A DNA stretch of 64,000 bases from the NCBI GenBank assembly GCA_963725215.1, contig CAVRXQ010000007.1:17294-81293 (forward strand), given 5' to 3'. The notes beneath the pieces were generated by a model, which was not told where the DNA came from, searched no databases, and saw nothing but the letters and a program-made list of their open reading frames with translations. Positions 53,923 to 63,600 of the stretch are shown in pieces. Origin of the DNA: an uncultured Acidimicrobiaceae bacterium. Its GTDB lineage: Bacteria > Actinomycetota > Acidimicrobiia > Acidimicrobiales > Bog-793. The position numbers were made by a program, and so were the translations under genes. The number at the start of each line of letters is the position of its first letter. Positions within the stretch are counted from its first letter, which is position 1.

Positions 53923-54993
53923 GTGAAATACCCGCTTCGCTGGCGGCTGGCGACAGACGAGGACACCCCGGCCGCCCTCTTCGATGCTGACGCCGACATC
54001 GAACGCCACGTCGGCGTCGGTCAGTCCCGCGGGCTCACCTTTTACGAGGTGAACTCGAAGCGGATCATCAACAAGGTTCCTGACTCGAGTCGGATGCCGT
54101 TTCGCTACACGATCAACGCCTACCGCGGATGTTCGCACGCTTGTCGGTATTGCTTCGCCCGCCCGACGCACGAATACCTCGGGTTCAACCTCGCGAACGA
54201 CTTCGACTCGCGCATCGTCGTCAAGGTGAACGCGGTCGCCCGAGCGCGGGCTGAGCTCGCCTCACGTCGCTGGCGCGGTGATTGGATCGCGATGGGGACG
54301 AACACCGATCCGTACCAGAAGGCCGAAGCGCGCCACCACCTCACGCGCGGATTGATCGGTGTGCTCTCCGACGCGAGAAACCCGTTCAGCATCTTGACGA
54401 AATCGACGCTTGTCCTGCGCGATCTCGATCTTCTGCGTGAGGCCGCTCGGCACACGGACGTCGGTCTCAACATCTCGATCGGGACGCTCGACAACGATGT
54501 CTGGCGGCTCCTCGAACCGGGCACGCCGCCGCCCAGAGGGCGACTCGAGGCCGTGCGCCGGCTGAACGACGCCGGCGTTCCTTGCGGGGTGCTCATCGCG
54601 CCGGTCGTGCCCGGTTTGTCAGACGACGACGAACACCTCGAGAAGATCGCGCTCGCTTGCAAGAAAGCCGGTGCGACATCGGTCCACTCGATCGCTTTGC
54701 ATCTGCGCCCGAAGGTGCGCGAGCACTACCTCGCGTTCCTCGCCGAGAAGAGGCCCGATCTGCTCGCGCTCTACAGGTCCCGATTCCCCCGCGGTTCGTA
54801 TCAGCCCGAACAAATCCAACGCCGCATCGAGACGACGGTCGCGAAGGCATTTGGCGCTGCCGCGCCGGTGCGGGAACACAGTTCGATCAGCACCCCCGCG
54901 CCTTATCATCCGGCCAATCCCGCTGCGCAGCTGCAGTTCTTTGCGACGTCGTACAACGCCTGTCCGAGTAACGGGCCGAACATCGATCGCTAG
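53923..54993 (+). CDS. Radical SAM protein (SplB/Rv2578c-like, COG1533)
   Basis: The CxxxCxxC cluster is YRGCSHACRYCFARP, in an Elp3-like fold context. Confidence 0.85.
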   Translation: MKYPLRWRLATDEDTPAALFDADADIERHVGVGQSRGLTFYEVNSKRIINKVPDSSRMPFRYTINAYRGCSHACRYCFARPTHEYLGFNLANDFDSRIVVKVNAVARARAELASRRWRGDWIAMGTNTDPYQKAEARHHLTRGLIGVLSDARNPFSILTKSTLVLRDLDLLREAARHTDVGLNISIGTLDNDVWRLLEPGTPPPRGRLEAVRRLNDAGVPCGVLIAPVVPGLSDDDEHLEKIALACKKAGATSVHSIALHLRPKVREHYLAFLAEKRPDLLALYRSRFPRGSYQPEQIQRRIETTVAKAFGAAAPVREHSSISTPAPYHPANPAAQLQFFATSYNACPSNGPNIDR

Positions 54994-55088
54994 CCAAACG
55001 AGAGCGGGAGCCGGCTGAGGAAAAATCCCGCCGCTTGGCTGTCGTCGAGCAAGTTGCCACCGATGCTGCCACTGCGCGTTCGGACGAG

Positions 55089-55174
55089 CGGAGGGAGTGG
55101 GATTCGAACCCACGGTACGCATGACGCACAACGGTTTTCGAGACCGCCCGATTCGGCCGCTCTCGCATCCCTCC
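55089..55174 (-). tRNA. tRNA-Ser (anticodon CGA)
   Basis: Reverse complement reads GGAGGGATGCGAGAGCGGCCGAATCGGGCGGTCTCGAAAACCGT...GGTTCGAATCCCACTCCCTCCG. Anticodon loop CTCGAAA, long variable arm, no encoded CCA. Confidence 0.9.
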
Positions 55175-55205
55175 GGGTGGCGAGGCTATACGACCGAGGT
55201 AAACA

Positions 55206-55691
55206 TCAAATCCGTTCCGACGCGCTTTCACCTCGTCGCTGCCCAAAGAAATCGGTGAGAACGTCGGCGCATTCCTCTTCGAGGACGCCACGGGTGATCG
55301 TTACCTCATGGTTGAGGCGCGGGTCGGCGAGCAGGTTGTACAACGAGCCGCACGCACCCGCCTTCGGGTCCGCGGCCCCGAAGACAAGACGCGAAACGCG
55401 TGCCAGCACGAGCGCCCCGGCGCACATCGCGCACGGCTCAAGGGTCACGACGACCGTGCATCTGTCAAGCCGCCAGCTCGCGAGTCGAGTCGAAGCGGCA
55501 CGAAGGGCGAGAATCTCGGCGTGCGCAGTCGGGTCGCGATCGGCTTCGCGGGCGTTGTGAGCGGTCGCGATCACCGAACCTTCGCGGACGACAACGGCAC
55601 CGATCGGGGCGTCACCGGCTTCTCCAGCGCGGCGGGCTTGCTCGATGGCGATGCGCATCGCGCCCTCGTCTGAGATCGCCACGCTGTCCAC
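55206..55691 (-). CDS. tadA: tRNA-specific adenosine deaminase
   Basis: Starts at GTG 55691. Has the CDA zinc motifs HAEILALR and LEPCAMCAGA. Confidence 0.9.
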   Translation of the reverse strand: MDSVAISDEGAMRIAIEQARRAGEAGDAPIGAVVVREGSVIATAHNAREADRDPTAHAEILALRAASTRLASWRLDRCTVVVTLEPCAMCAGALVLARVSRLVFGAADPKAGACGSLYNLLADPRLNHEVTITRGVLEEECADVLTDFFGQRRGESASERI

Positions 55692-55718
55692 GAAATGAAC
55701 GCCCTTTCGGAGCCGAGA

Positions 55719-55806
55719 TGGCGGAGGAGGTGGGATTCGAACCCACGGTCGGTTGCCCGACACACGATTTCCAGTCGTGCCGATTCGGCCGCTCTCGCAC
55801 CCCTCC
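55719..55806 (-). tRNA. tRNA-Ser (anticodon GGA), CCA encoded
   Basis: Reverse complement reads GGAGGGGTGCGAGAGCGGCCGAATCGGCACGACTGGAAATCGTG...GGTTCGAATCCCACCTCCTCCGCCA. Anticodon loop CTGGAAA, long variable arm. Confidence 0.9.
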
Positions 55807-55839
55807 GAGCAGGGCGAAACGCTACCGTGTTCACTCTGT

Positions 55840-55860
55840 TGCGCCCGCGGGCGCAGCGGC
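55840..55860. repeat. 21-nt repeat TGCGCCCGCGGGCGCAGCGGC (copy 1; contains a 16-nt perfect palindrome)
   Basis: Identical to 55956-55976. TGCGCCCGCGGGCGCA is self-complementary. Confidence 0.9.
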
Positions 55861-55955
55861 CGGGTTCTGCGCGACGGGGCCCCGTGAACCGAGTCAGGGC
55901 CGGAAGGCAGCAGCTCTCAGCGGATCGTCTCGGGTGCCGCAGGCGACCTGGTCGC
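55861..55955 (+). ncRNA. ffs: Signal recognition particle RNA (small/4.5S type)
   Basis: Has the domain IV signature GAGTCAGGGCCGGAAGGCAGCAGC. The 5' CTGCG and 3' CGCAG can close the helix. It occupies the conserved position immediately upstream of dnaX. Ends are approximate. Confidence 0.8.
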
Positions 55956-55976
55956 TGCGCCCGCGGGCGCAGCGGC
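55956..55976. repeat. 21-nt repeat TGCGCCCGCGGGCGCAGCGGC (copy 2; possible ffs terminator hairpin)
   Basis: Identical to 55840-55860. With its flanking GC it forms an 8-bp GC-rich stem with a CGCG loop. Confidence 0.9.
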
Positions 55977-56014
55977 TTCGACGGCGACGGACAACCTCCC
56001 CGTAGATTGTCGCG

Positions 56015-57826
56015 GTGCCGCGCCAATCGTCACCTCGTCCTCCCGCTCCTCTGACCGAGGACCGCCCATATCAATCCCTCTACCGGCGCTTTCGTCCGCA
56101 GACGTTCGTCGAAGTGCGCGGCCAGGACCACGTCACCCGCGCGTTGCGCAACGCAGTGCGCGACGGCCACACGACCCACGCGTACTTGTTCTCGGGCGCG
56201 CGTGGCACCGGGAAGACGTCGACTGCGCGGATTCTCGCCAAGGCGCTGAACTGCTCGGAGCCGGTCGACGGAGAGCCCTGCGGCGTGTGCGAATCGTGCG
56301 TCGCGATCGCGGCGGGCACATCCTTCGACGTTCATGAGCTCGACGCTGCATCGAACAACGGCGTCGACGCGATGCGCGACCTCGTCGCTCGTGCGTCCCT
56401 TTCGACGCCAGGTCGGTGGAAGGTCTACATCGTCGACGAAGTCCACATGCTTTCGAACGCGGCTTCGAACTCGCTGTTGAAGACGCTCGAGGAACCGCCC
56501 GACCACGTGGTGTTCGTGCTCGCGACAACCGACCCCCAGCGCGTCCTCCCGACCATTCGCAGTCGCACGCAGCATTTCGAGTTCCACCTCATCGACAACG
56601 ACGAGCTCTCGACACTCGTAAATGAAGTGGCGAAGACCGAGGGGATCGAAGTCGGATCCGAGGACATCGCTTCCGTTGTCCGGCGCGCCAGGGGATCCGC
56701 GCGCGACGCGCTTTCCGTTCTCGACCAGATCGCGGCAGGCGCCGAGACGACCGGAGACGAAGTCGCGCTCTCGGAGGTCATCGCTTACCTTGCGAGTGGG
56801 GAAGTCGGCGAGATGATCTCCGCGTTCGACCGCGCCGTTCGCTCGGGACGTGACGCGCCACAACTCGCCGTCGAGCTCATCGAGCGATTGCGCACGGACT
56901 TCCTCACATTGGTTGGCGCGACGTCACTCGGAGTCAAACCGACGGAAACGGGAGAGGTGTTGGCCGAACTCGGCGCCGCGCGTTGCGTGCGGGCGATGGA
57001 TCTCATCGGAAGCGCAATCACCTCGATGCGCGACGCGCCGGATCCCCGAGTCTCACTGGAAATCGCGTTGATCCGCGCCGCACGACCAGACGCCGACACG
57101 ACGACCGAAGCCGTGATCGACCGACTCGAGCGGCTGGAGCGCGAACTCGAAGATCTGCGCTCGGCGATGGTGTCGCGATCGGTTCCCGAAACGCCCCCAC
57201 CTCCAGCTACGCGCCCGCGTGCGCGCGCGACGACCACGGCGAGCAAGAAGACACCGGACAACACCTTCGTCGAAGACACGACGCCTTCAACAACTCCGCC
57301 AGCGGCCGCGCCAACTCCCTCGGTCGCTCCCGCGAAGGACGAGGAAGGAAAATCGAGCCCAGCTCCGAGTCGTGACGACCTCGTCGCGGCCTGGGGCGAC
57401 GAGATCCTGCCGACGTTGCGACCCAAGTTGCGCGCGATATATCAAGTCGGCAGGTTCGTGGCAGCCGGCGAGGAAGGCGCTGTGCTCGCGCTGCCGAATC
57501 AAGCGCATCTCGACCATGCCGAGCCGCTGAAAGGCGAGATCAGCGACGCACTGAGCCGTCGCTTCGGACGCCCCGTCGGACTTCGCCTCGTCACCGAGTC
57601 ATCCCCCGAAGCCCAACGAGTCCGCGAGCCGAAGGCGCGCACTATCGACACGCCGCACGAGGTCGAAGAGGACGGACAGGGGACCGATGAGGACGCTCTC
57701 GTCGCCGAGGCGCGCGAGGCGGCACACGAAGAGCCCCGCCCGGGCGTCAGCGCCGAAAAGCTGAGCGGGCTCGACCTCGCTGAGGACCGCCTGCTCGAGG
57801 CGTTCCCCGGCGCCGAGGAGGTGTAG
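56015..57826 (+). CDS. dnaX: DNA polymerase III subunits gamma/tau
   Basis: Contains FSGARGTGKTSTARILA, a Cys module CGVCESC, VYIVDEVHML and LKTLEEPP, followed by a Pro/Ala-rich tau linker. Confidence 0.95.
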   Translation: MPRQSSPRPPAPLTEDRPYQSLYRRFRPQTFVEVRGQDHVTRALRNAVRDGHTTHAYLFSGARGTGKTSTARILAKALNCSEPVDGEPCGVCESCVAIAAGTSFDVHELDAASNNGVDAMRDLVARASLSTPGRWKVYIVDEVHMLSNAASNSLLKTLEEPPDHVVFVLATTDPQRVLPTIRSRTQHFEFHLIDNDELSTLVNEVAKTEGIEVGSEDIASVVRRARGSARDALSVLDQIAAGAETTGDEVALSEVIAYLASGEVGEMISAFDRAVRSGRDAPQLAVELIERLRTDFLTLVGATSLGVKPTETGEVLAELGAARCVRAMDLIGSAITSMRDAPDPRVSLEIALIRAARPDADTTTEAVIDRLERLERELEDLRSAMVSRSVPETPPPPATRPRARATTTASKKTPDNTFVEDTTPSTTPPAAAPTPSVAPAKDEEGKSSPAPSRDDLVAAWGDEILPTLRPKLRAIYQVGRFVAAGEEGAVLALPNQAHLDHAEPLKGEISDALSRRFGRPVGLRLVTESSPEAQRVREPKARTIDTPHEVEEDGQGTDEDALVAEAREAAHEEPRPGVSAEKLSGLDLAEDRLLEAFPGAEEV

Positions 57827-58165
57827 GTGAGTTCCCCGTTCACCGACAACCTCGTCGAGAAGATCTCAGACATCGAGCGACAACTCGATGGCGAGGCGTG
57901 GCCCCGCACGGCGACGAGTGTCGTCGGCACCTCCCAAGGCGACGCCGTGCTCGTCCATTTGAGTGACGACGGAGCCTCGACGACGGTCGAGATCGATCCC
58001 GCAGTCGTCGACCCCGACGGTGTGGCGCAATTGGAGCAATTCGTCGCCGACGCGGTGCAAGACGCCTCGCGGCGACTCGAGGCGTTGCGCGCGGAGCGAA
58101 TCGGTGCGGCAATCCGGGCGATGATCGACGACTTGTTCGTGCTCGCCGGTAACAAGGAGCGCTAG
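57827..58165 (+). CDS. YbaB/EbfC family nucleoid-associated protein
   Basis: 112 aa in the conserved dnaX-ybaB-recR position. The central segment VVGTSQGDAVLVHLSDDGASTTVEIDPAVVDP fits the family pattern. Confidence 0.8.
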   Translation: MSSPFTDNLVEKISDIERQLDGEAWPRTATSVVGTSQGDAVLVHLSDDGASTTVEIDPAVVDPDGVAQLEQFVADAVQDASRRLEALRAERIGAAIRAMIDDLFVLAGNKER

Positions 58166-58172
58166 AAGGCCC

Positions 58173-58775
58173 ATGCCGATCTTCGATGCCCCGATCCAGG
58201 ACTTGGTCGACGAGCTCGGACGCCTTCCAGGCATCGGGCCGAAGTCCGCGCAACGGATCGCCTTTTATTTGTTGCGCGTGGCGAACGAGGACGCGTTGCG
58301 TTTAGCGAGGGCGATCGTCGAGGTGAAAGAGAAGGTCTCGACCTGTCCGATCTGTTTCAACATCGCGGTCGGCGATCGCTGCGCGATCTGCGCCGACCCG
58401 ACACGTGATGATTCGCTCCTCTGCGTCGTCGAGGACCCCCGCGACGTCGTCGCCGTCGAGCGGGCGAGCTCGTACCGCGGGCGTTACCACGTGCTCGGCG
58501 GCGCGCTGAGCCCGATCGAGGGGATCGGTGCCGAGCAGTTGCACATCAAAGAGTTGATTGACAGGGTCGAGAACGATCACGTCGTCGAGGTCATCGTCTG
58601 CACGAACCCGAACCTCGAGGGCGACACGACGGCGATGTACCTCGCGAAGATCCTCAAACCCCTCGGCACGAACGTGACCCGGCTTGCGAGCGGGATCCCC
58701 GTCGGCGCGGACTTGGAGTACGCCGACGAACAGACCCTTGGACGGGCGCTTGCCGGGCGCCGGACGCTCGACTAG
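58173..58775 (+). CDS. recR: Recombination protein RecR
   Basis: Contains LPGIGPKSAQRIAFYLL, the zinc finger CPICFNIAVGDRCAIC, and the Toprim segment LCVVEDPRDV. Confidence 0.95.
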   Translation: MPIFDAPIQDLVDELGRLPGIGPKSAQRIAFYLLRVANEDALRLARAIVEVKEKVSTCPICFNIAVGDRCAICADPTRDDSLLCVVEDPRDVVAVERASSYRGRYHVLGGALSPIEGIGAEQLHIKELIDRVENDHVVEVIVCTNPNLEGDTTAMYLAKILKPLGTNVTRLASGIPVGADLEYADEQTLGRALAGRRTLD

Positions 58776-58821
58776 TAGCCACCACAGAGACGAAGGCCGC
58801 CGCCAAGTAGCCTTTTCGTCC

Positions 58822-60390
58822 ATGTCAGAGGCCTCTGGCAGCTTGCACGCGAAAAGACTCGACGACCTCGCCCGCCGCAAGCAGGAGGCGATGCGGCCGG
58901 GCACCGAACGCGCAATCGAAGCCCAGCGCGAAAAGGGCAAGATGACGGCGCGCGAACGCATCGAGTACCTCCTCGACCAAGACTCGTTTCAGGAGGTCGA
59001 CGCGCTCGTCCGCCACCGCGCCCACGGGGTCGGCCTCGACGAACTCCGCCCGTACACCGACGGCGTCATCACCGGTTTCGGCACGATCGACGCTCGCCGT
59101 GTCTGTGTGTACAGCCAGGACTTCACCGTCTTCGGTGGCTCGCTCGGCGAAGCGCACGCCGAGAAGATCCACAAGATCCAAGACCTCGCGCTCGACACCG
59201 GCGTGCCTTTGATCGGCATGACCGACGGCGGCGGTGCGAGGATCCAAGAAGGCGTCGCCGCGCTGAACGGCTTCGGCGGAATCTTCTTCCGTAACGCGCG
59301 CTCATCCGGCGTCGTGCCGCAGATCAGCGTCGTGCTCGGACCCTCGGCAGGCGGCGCGGTCTACTCGCCGGCGCTCACCGATTTCGTCTTCATGGTCCAG
59401 GGCACGAGCCACATGTTCATCACCGGCCCCGATGTCGTGCGCACCGTGACCGGAGAGGACGTGAGCACCGAACAGCTCGGCGGTGCGATGACGCACGCCA
59501 CCCGCTCTGGGGTCGCGGCCTTCGTCGCGGCCGACGAGAAGTCCTGTCTCGACGACGTTCGTTATCTGTTGTCGTTCCTCCCCTCGAACAACTTGGAAGA
59601 GCCGCCGTCGATCGAGAGCGCGGACGACACCGAGCGACTGATACCCGAGCTTCGCGACCTCGTCCCCGACCGCCCGAACCAGCCGTACGACATGAAACGG
59701 GTGATCGAGGCGGTGCTCGACGACGGCGATTACCTCGAGTACTTCCCATACTGGGCGCGCAATTTGACCTGTGGGTTCGGGCGCGTTGGCGGCCGCGTCG
59801 TCGGCGTCGTTGCCAACCAGCCAGAGGTGCTCGCCGGGGTGTTGGACATCGACTCTTCGGAAAAAGGCGGGCGCTTCGTCCGCACCTGCGACGCCTTCAA
59901 CATCCCGCTCATCACCTTCGTCGACGTGCCGGGGTTCATGCCCGGGACCGACCAGGAGTTCGGCGGCATCATCCGCCATGGCGCGCAGCTGTTGTACGCG
60001 TACTGCGAGGCAACGGTCCCCCGCGTCCAGCTCCTCATCCGCAAGGCCTACGGCGGCGCCTACCTCGTCATGGACTCGAAGTCGATCGGCACGGATCTCT
60101 CGTACGCGTGGCCCTCGGCCGAACTGGCGGTGATGGGACCGGAAGGCGCGGTCGAGATCGTCCATCGCCGCGAGCTCCTCGAAGCGTCCGACCCGGTGCA
60201 GCGGCGCGCAGAGCTCGTCGCCGCGTACACCGAGCGCTTCACGAACCCCTACGTCGCCGCGGAGCGCGGTTACGTCGACGACGTCATCGACCCGGCGGAG
60301 ACGAGAAAGGTGCTCGCCCGCAGCCTCGAGATGCTCGCCACCAAGCGCGAGGACCTGCCGAAGCGCAAGCACGGAAACGTGCCGTTATGA
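58822..60390 (+). CDS. Acyl-CoA carboxylase carboxyltransferase beta subunit (propionyl-/acetyl-CoA carboxylase, AccD/PccB-like)
   Basis: Starts at the ATG at 58822 inside ORF 58684..60390. Contains KGKMTARERIEYLLD, DFTVFGGSLGE, GGARIQEGV, and GVVANQP. Confidence 0.92.
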   Translation: MSEASGSLHAKRLDDLARRKQEAMRPGTERAIEAQREKGKMTARERIEYLLDQDSFQEVDALVRHRAHGVGLDELRPYTDGVITGFGTIDARRVCVYSQDFTVFGGSLGEAHAEKIHKIQDLALDTGVPLIGMTDGGGARIQEGVAALNGFGGIFFRNARSSGVVPQISVVLGPSAGGAVYSPALTDFVFMVQGTSHMFITGPDVVRTVTGEDVSTEQLGGAMTHATRSGVAAFVAADEKSCLDDVRYLLSFLPSNNLEEPPSIESADDTERLIPELRDLVPDRPNQPYDMKRVIEAVLDDGDYLEYFPYWARNLTCGFGRVGGRVVGVVANQPEVLAGVLDIDSSEKGGRFVRTCDAFNIPLITFVDVPGFMPGTDQEFGGIIRHGAQLLYAYCEATVPRVQLLIRKAYGGAYLVMDSKSIGTDLSYAWPSAELAVMGPEGAVEIVHRRELLEASDPVQRRAELVAAYTERFTNPYVAAERGYVDDVIDPAETRKVLARSLEMLATKREDLPKRKHGNVPL

Positions 60391-60590
60391 GCGAGCCGCG
60401 ACTGACACCTCCGCTCGAGCCGCCGCCAGAAATTCGGCGGGCAATCGAGATCGCCGTCGACAAGGCCTGGCCGGTGACGACAGAACAAGCCCCTTCCTCG
60501 GGGTGGCGGAAGGACGCCCGCCCCAACTGGCGCTTCGCGAGCCGCCGCTGGGTGGCCCCGGTCGAGCTGCGCCGCGAGCGGCCGCGCTGA
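60387..60590 (+). CDS. Putative acyl-CoA carboxylase epsilon subunit
   Basis: 67 aa. The start overlaps the beta subunit stop (ATGA). The Trp/Arg-rich C-terminus (SGWRKDARPNWRFASRRW) resembles small AccE/PccE proteins. Confidence 0.5.
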   Translation: MSEPRLTPPLEPPPEIRRAIEIAVDKAWPVTTEQAPSSGWRKDARPNWRFASRRWVAPVELRRERPR

Positions 60591-60660
60591 CCTCTGCGCG
60601 GCCCTCGAGTCTGCGAACGTCTGTTCGGCATCACACAACCGAGGGGTAGTCTCGGACACC

Positions 60661-63600
60661 GTGACGCGCACCGACGCGCTCTCCTCTTTCCACCCTGCGC
60701 TCGCCGAGTGGTTTTCGCGGTCCTTCCCCGAAGGACCGACTCCCGCTCAAGCGCTCGGCTGGCCGACGATCGCCCGCGGGGAGAACACACTCATCGCCGC
60801 GCCCACCGGTTCGGGAAAGACGCTCGCCGCGTTCTTGGTGGCGATCGACCGGTGTCTGCGCCGCGAAGCAGGTGACCACGAAGCGAGGACTTCGGTTGTA
60901 TACGTCTCGCCCCTTCGCGCGCTCACCGTCGACGTCGCGGAGAACCTCGAGAGCCCGCTGGAAAAGATCGCCGCGCTCGGAGACGAGATCGGCGAACCGC
61001 TACGTCCGATCCGAGTCGCGGTGCGAAACGGTGACACCCCGCAATCGGTGCGCCAGGCGATGGTGCGCGAACCACCGGACATCGTCGTCACGACCCCAGA
61101 ATCGCTTTATCTGCTCGCGACGTCGCGACGAGGAAGGGCAATGCTCTCGACCGTCGAGACGGTGATCGTCGATGAGATCCACGCGCTCGCACGCGACAAG
61201 CGCGGCAGCCACCTCGCGCTCACCTTGGAGCGGCTCGACCGCATCGTGACCTCCTCGGGGCGTCCGCGGCCGACGCGCATCGGCTGCTCGGCGACCCAGA
61301 GACCGATCAGCGCGATCGCGCGGCTCCTCGTCGGTGCAGGCGACGACAGGAGCACACCAGACGGCGCGGCGCGCTGCGCGATCATTGATGTTGGCCACCG
61401 GCGCGAGCTCGACATGGCGATCACGCTCCCGACCGACGAGCTCGGCGCGGTGATGACCACCGAGCAGCTCGACGAGATCGTCTCGTCACTCGCCGAGGAG
61501 ATCGAGTCGCACCACACGACGCTCGTCTTCGTCAACACCCGCAAGATGGCAGAACGCGTCGCCCATCTCTTGCGCGGCGTCCTCGGCGACGACGCCGTCG
61601 CCTCGCACCACGGCAGCTTGTCCATGGAACGACGGCTGTCGGTCGAGACGCGCCTTCGAGAGGGACGATTGCGCGCCGTCGTTGCCACCGCCTCGCTCGA
61701 GCTCGGAATCGACGTCGGACCCGTTGATCTCGTCTGCCAGATCGGCTCTCCCCGCGCGATCGCGACCTTCCTCCAGCGAGTAGGACGTGCCGACCACCGC
61801 CGTAACGGGGTTCCAAAGGGCCGCGTGTATCCGATGACCCGGGACGAGCTCGTCGAGTGCGTTGCGCTTTTCTGCGCGGTGCGATCGGACGTGCTCGACG
61901 CCGTGCACCCGCCCGTCGCTCCGCTCGACATCCTCGCCCAGCAGATCGTGGCGGAGGTCGCCGCGTCCGGCGATGAAGGTACCGGCGAGAAAGAACTCGA
62001 GTCACTCGTCCGTCACGCCGCGCCGTACGAAGGACTCGGAGCTGACGACTTCGAGGCCGTGGTCGTGCTCGTCTCGGAGGGGGTGCGGACGGGCCGCGGC
62101 GTGCGCGGGGCGTACGTCCACCGCGACCGCGTTAATCACGTGCTGAAAGGCCGCCGCGGCGCCGGACTCGCCGCGGTCACCTCGGGCGGAGCGATCCCGG
62201 AACTCGCCGATTACCGCGTCGTCACCGATCCCGACGAATCCCTCGTCGGAAGTGTCCACGAGGACTTCGCTGTCGAGGCGATGACCGGAGACGTCTTCCT
62301 GCTCGGGTCGCACTCATGGCGGGTGCGTCGCGTGGAACAGGGGGTGGTGCGGGTCACCGACGCTCAGGGCGCCGCGCCGACGATCCCGTTCTGGCTCGGA
62401 GAAGCGCCGGCGCGAACCGACGAGTTGTCGACGGCGTTGTCCGATCTCCGCCAGCTCGTCGAAGACGCGATCACAGAAGGCGGTGCGACGCTCGCATCGG
62501 CGCGTGTCGAGGAGCACTCAGGGGTGGAAAGACGCGTCGCTTCAGAGTGCGTCGCCTACCTGGCGGCGGCGCTCGCCCAGCTCGGCACCTTGCCGACAAA
62601 GAAGAACCTCGTCGTCGAGCGCTTCTTCGACGACACCGGCGGCGCGCAGCTCGTCGTCCACTCGCCCTACGGCGCCCGCATCAATCGCGGGCTCGGGCTC
62701 GCTTTGCGGAAGCGCTTTTGTCGGACCTTCGACTTCGAGCTGCAAGCCGCGGCGAGCGACGACGCCGTCGTGCTGTCGCTCGGGCCGCAGCACTCATTCG
62801 CGTTGGAGAGCGTGCTGCGCTTCGTCACGGCGGAGGACGTGCGCGAAGCCCTCGTCCAAGCCGTGCTCCCGACGCCGATCTTTACGTCGAGGTGGCGGTG
62901 GAACCTTGGTCGCTCCCTCGTCTCGCCGCGCTTTCGCGGCGCGCGGCATCTCCCACCGGCGATCCAGCGCATGGAGGCCGACGACTTGATGGCGGCGATC
63001 TTTCCGATGCTTGCCGCCTGCCAAGAGAACGTCACCGGCCCGATCGAGGTTCCAGACCACCTGATCGTTCGCCAGACGATCGACGACTGCATGACCGAGG
63101 CGATGGATCTCGAAGGGCTGATCACGCTGTTAGAGCATCTCCGCGACCAATCGGTGACCGGCGTCACGCTCGACACGACCGAGCCATCGATCCTCACCCA
63201 CGAGATCCTGAATGGCCGTCCGTATACCTTCTTGGACGATGCGCCGCTCGAGGAGCGCCGCACCCGCGCCGTAGCGCTGAGCCGCGGCGTCCCGCTCGAG
63301 GCGCGCGACCTCTCGATGATTGACGAATCGGTGATCGACGAAGTCCGAACCGAGATCGTGGCGGACCCGCGCGACGCGGAAGAACTGCACGACCTCATCG
63401 AGGCGGTAGTGATCCTCGCGCCGAACGACGAGTGGCGCGCATCGTTCGAAAAGCTGCGCTCCAAAGGGCGCGCGGCAGAGGTCATCCGAATCCGGGATGC
63501 GACCGATCGTTACTGGTGCGCAACTGAACGGAAAAGAGAAGCAGAACTGCTCCTCGGGCCGTCGCGTTTCCAGCCCGACGTCGTACTCCCGGACGCGATC

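Noticed and set aside
56015-57826. Programmed -1 frameshift site in dnaX (E. coli-type A AAA AAG).
   Set aside because: I saw no AAAAAAG-type slippery heptamer while reading the gene, and the 603-aa ORF is continuous.
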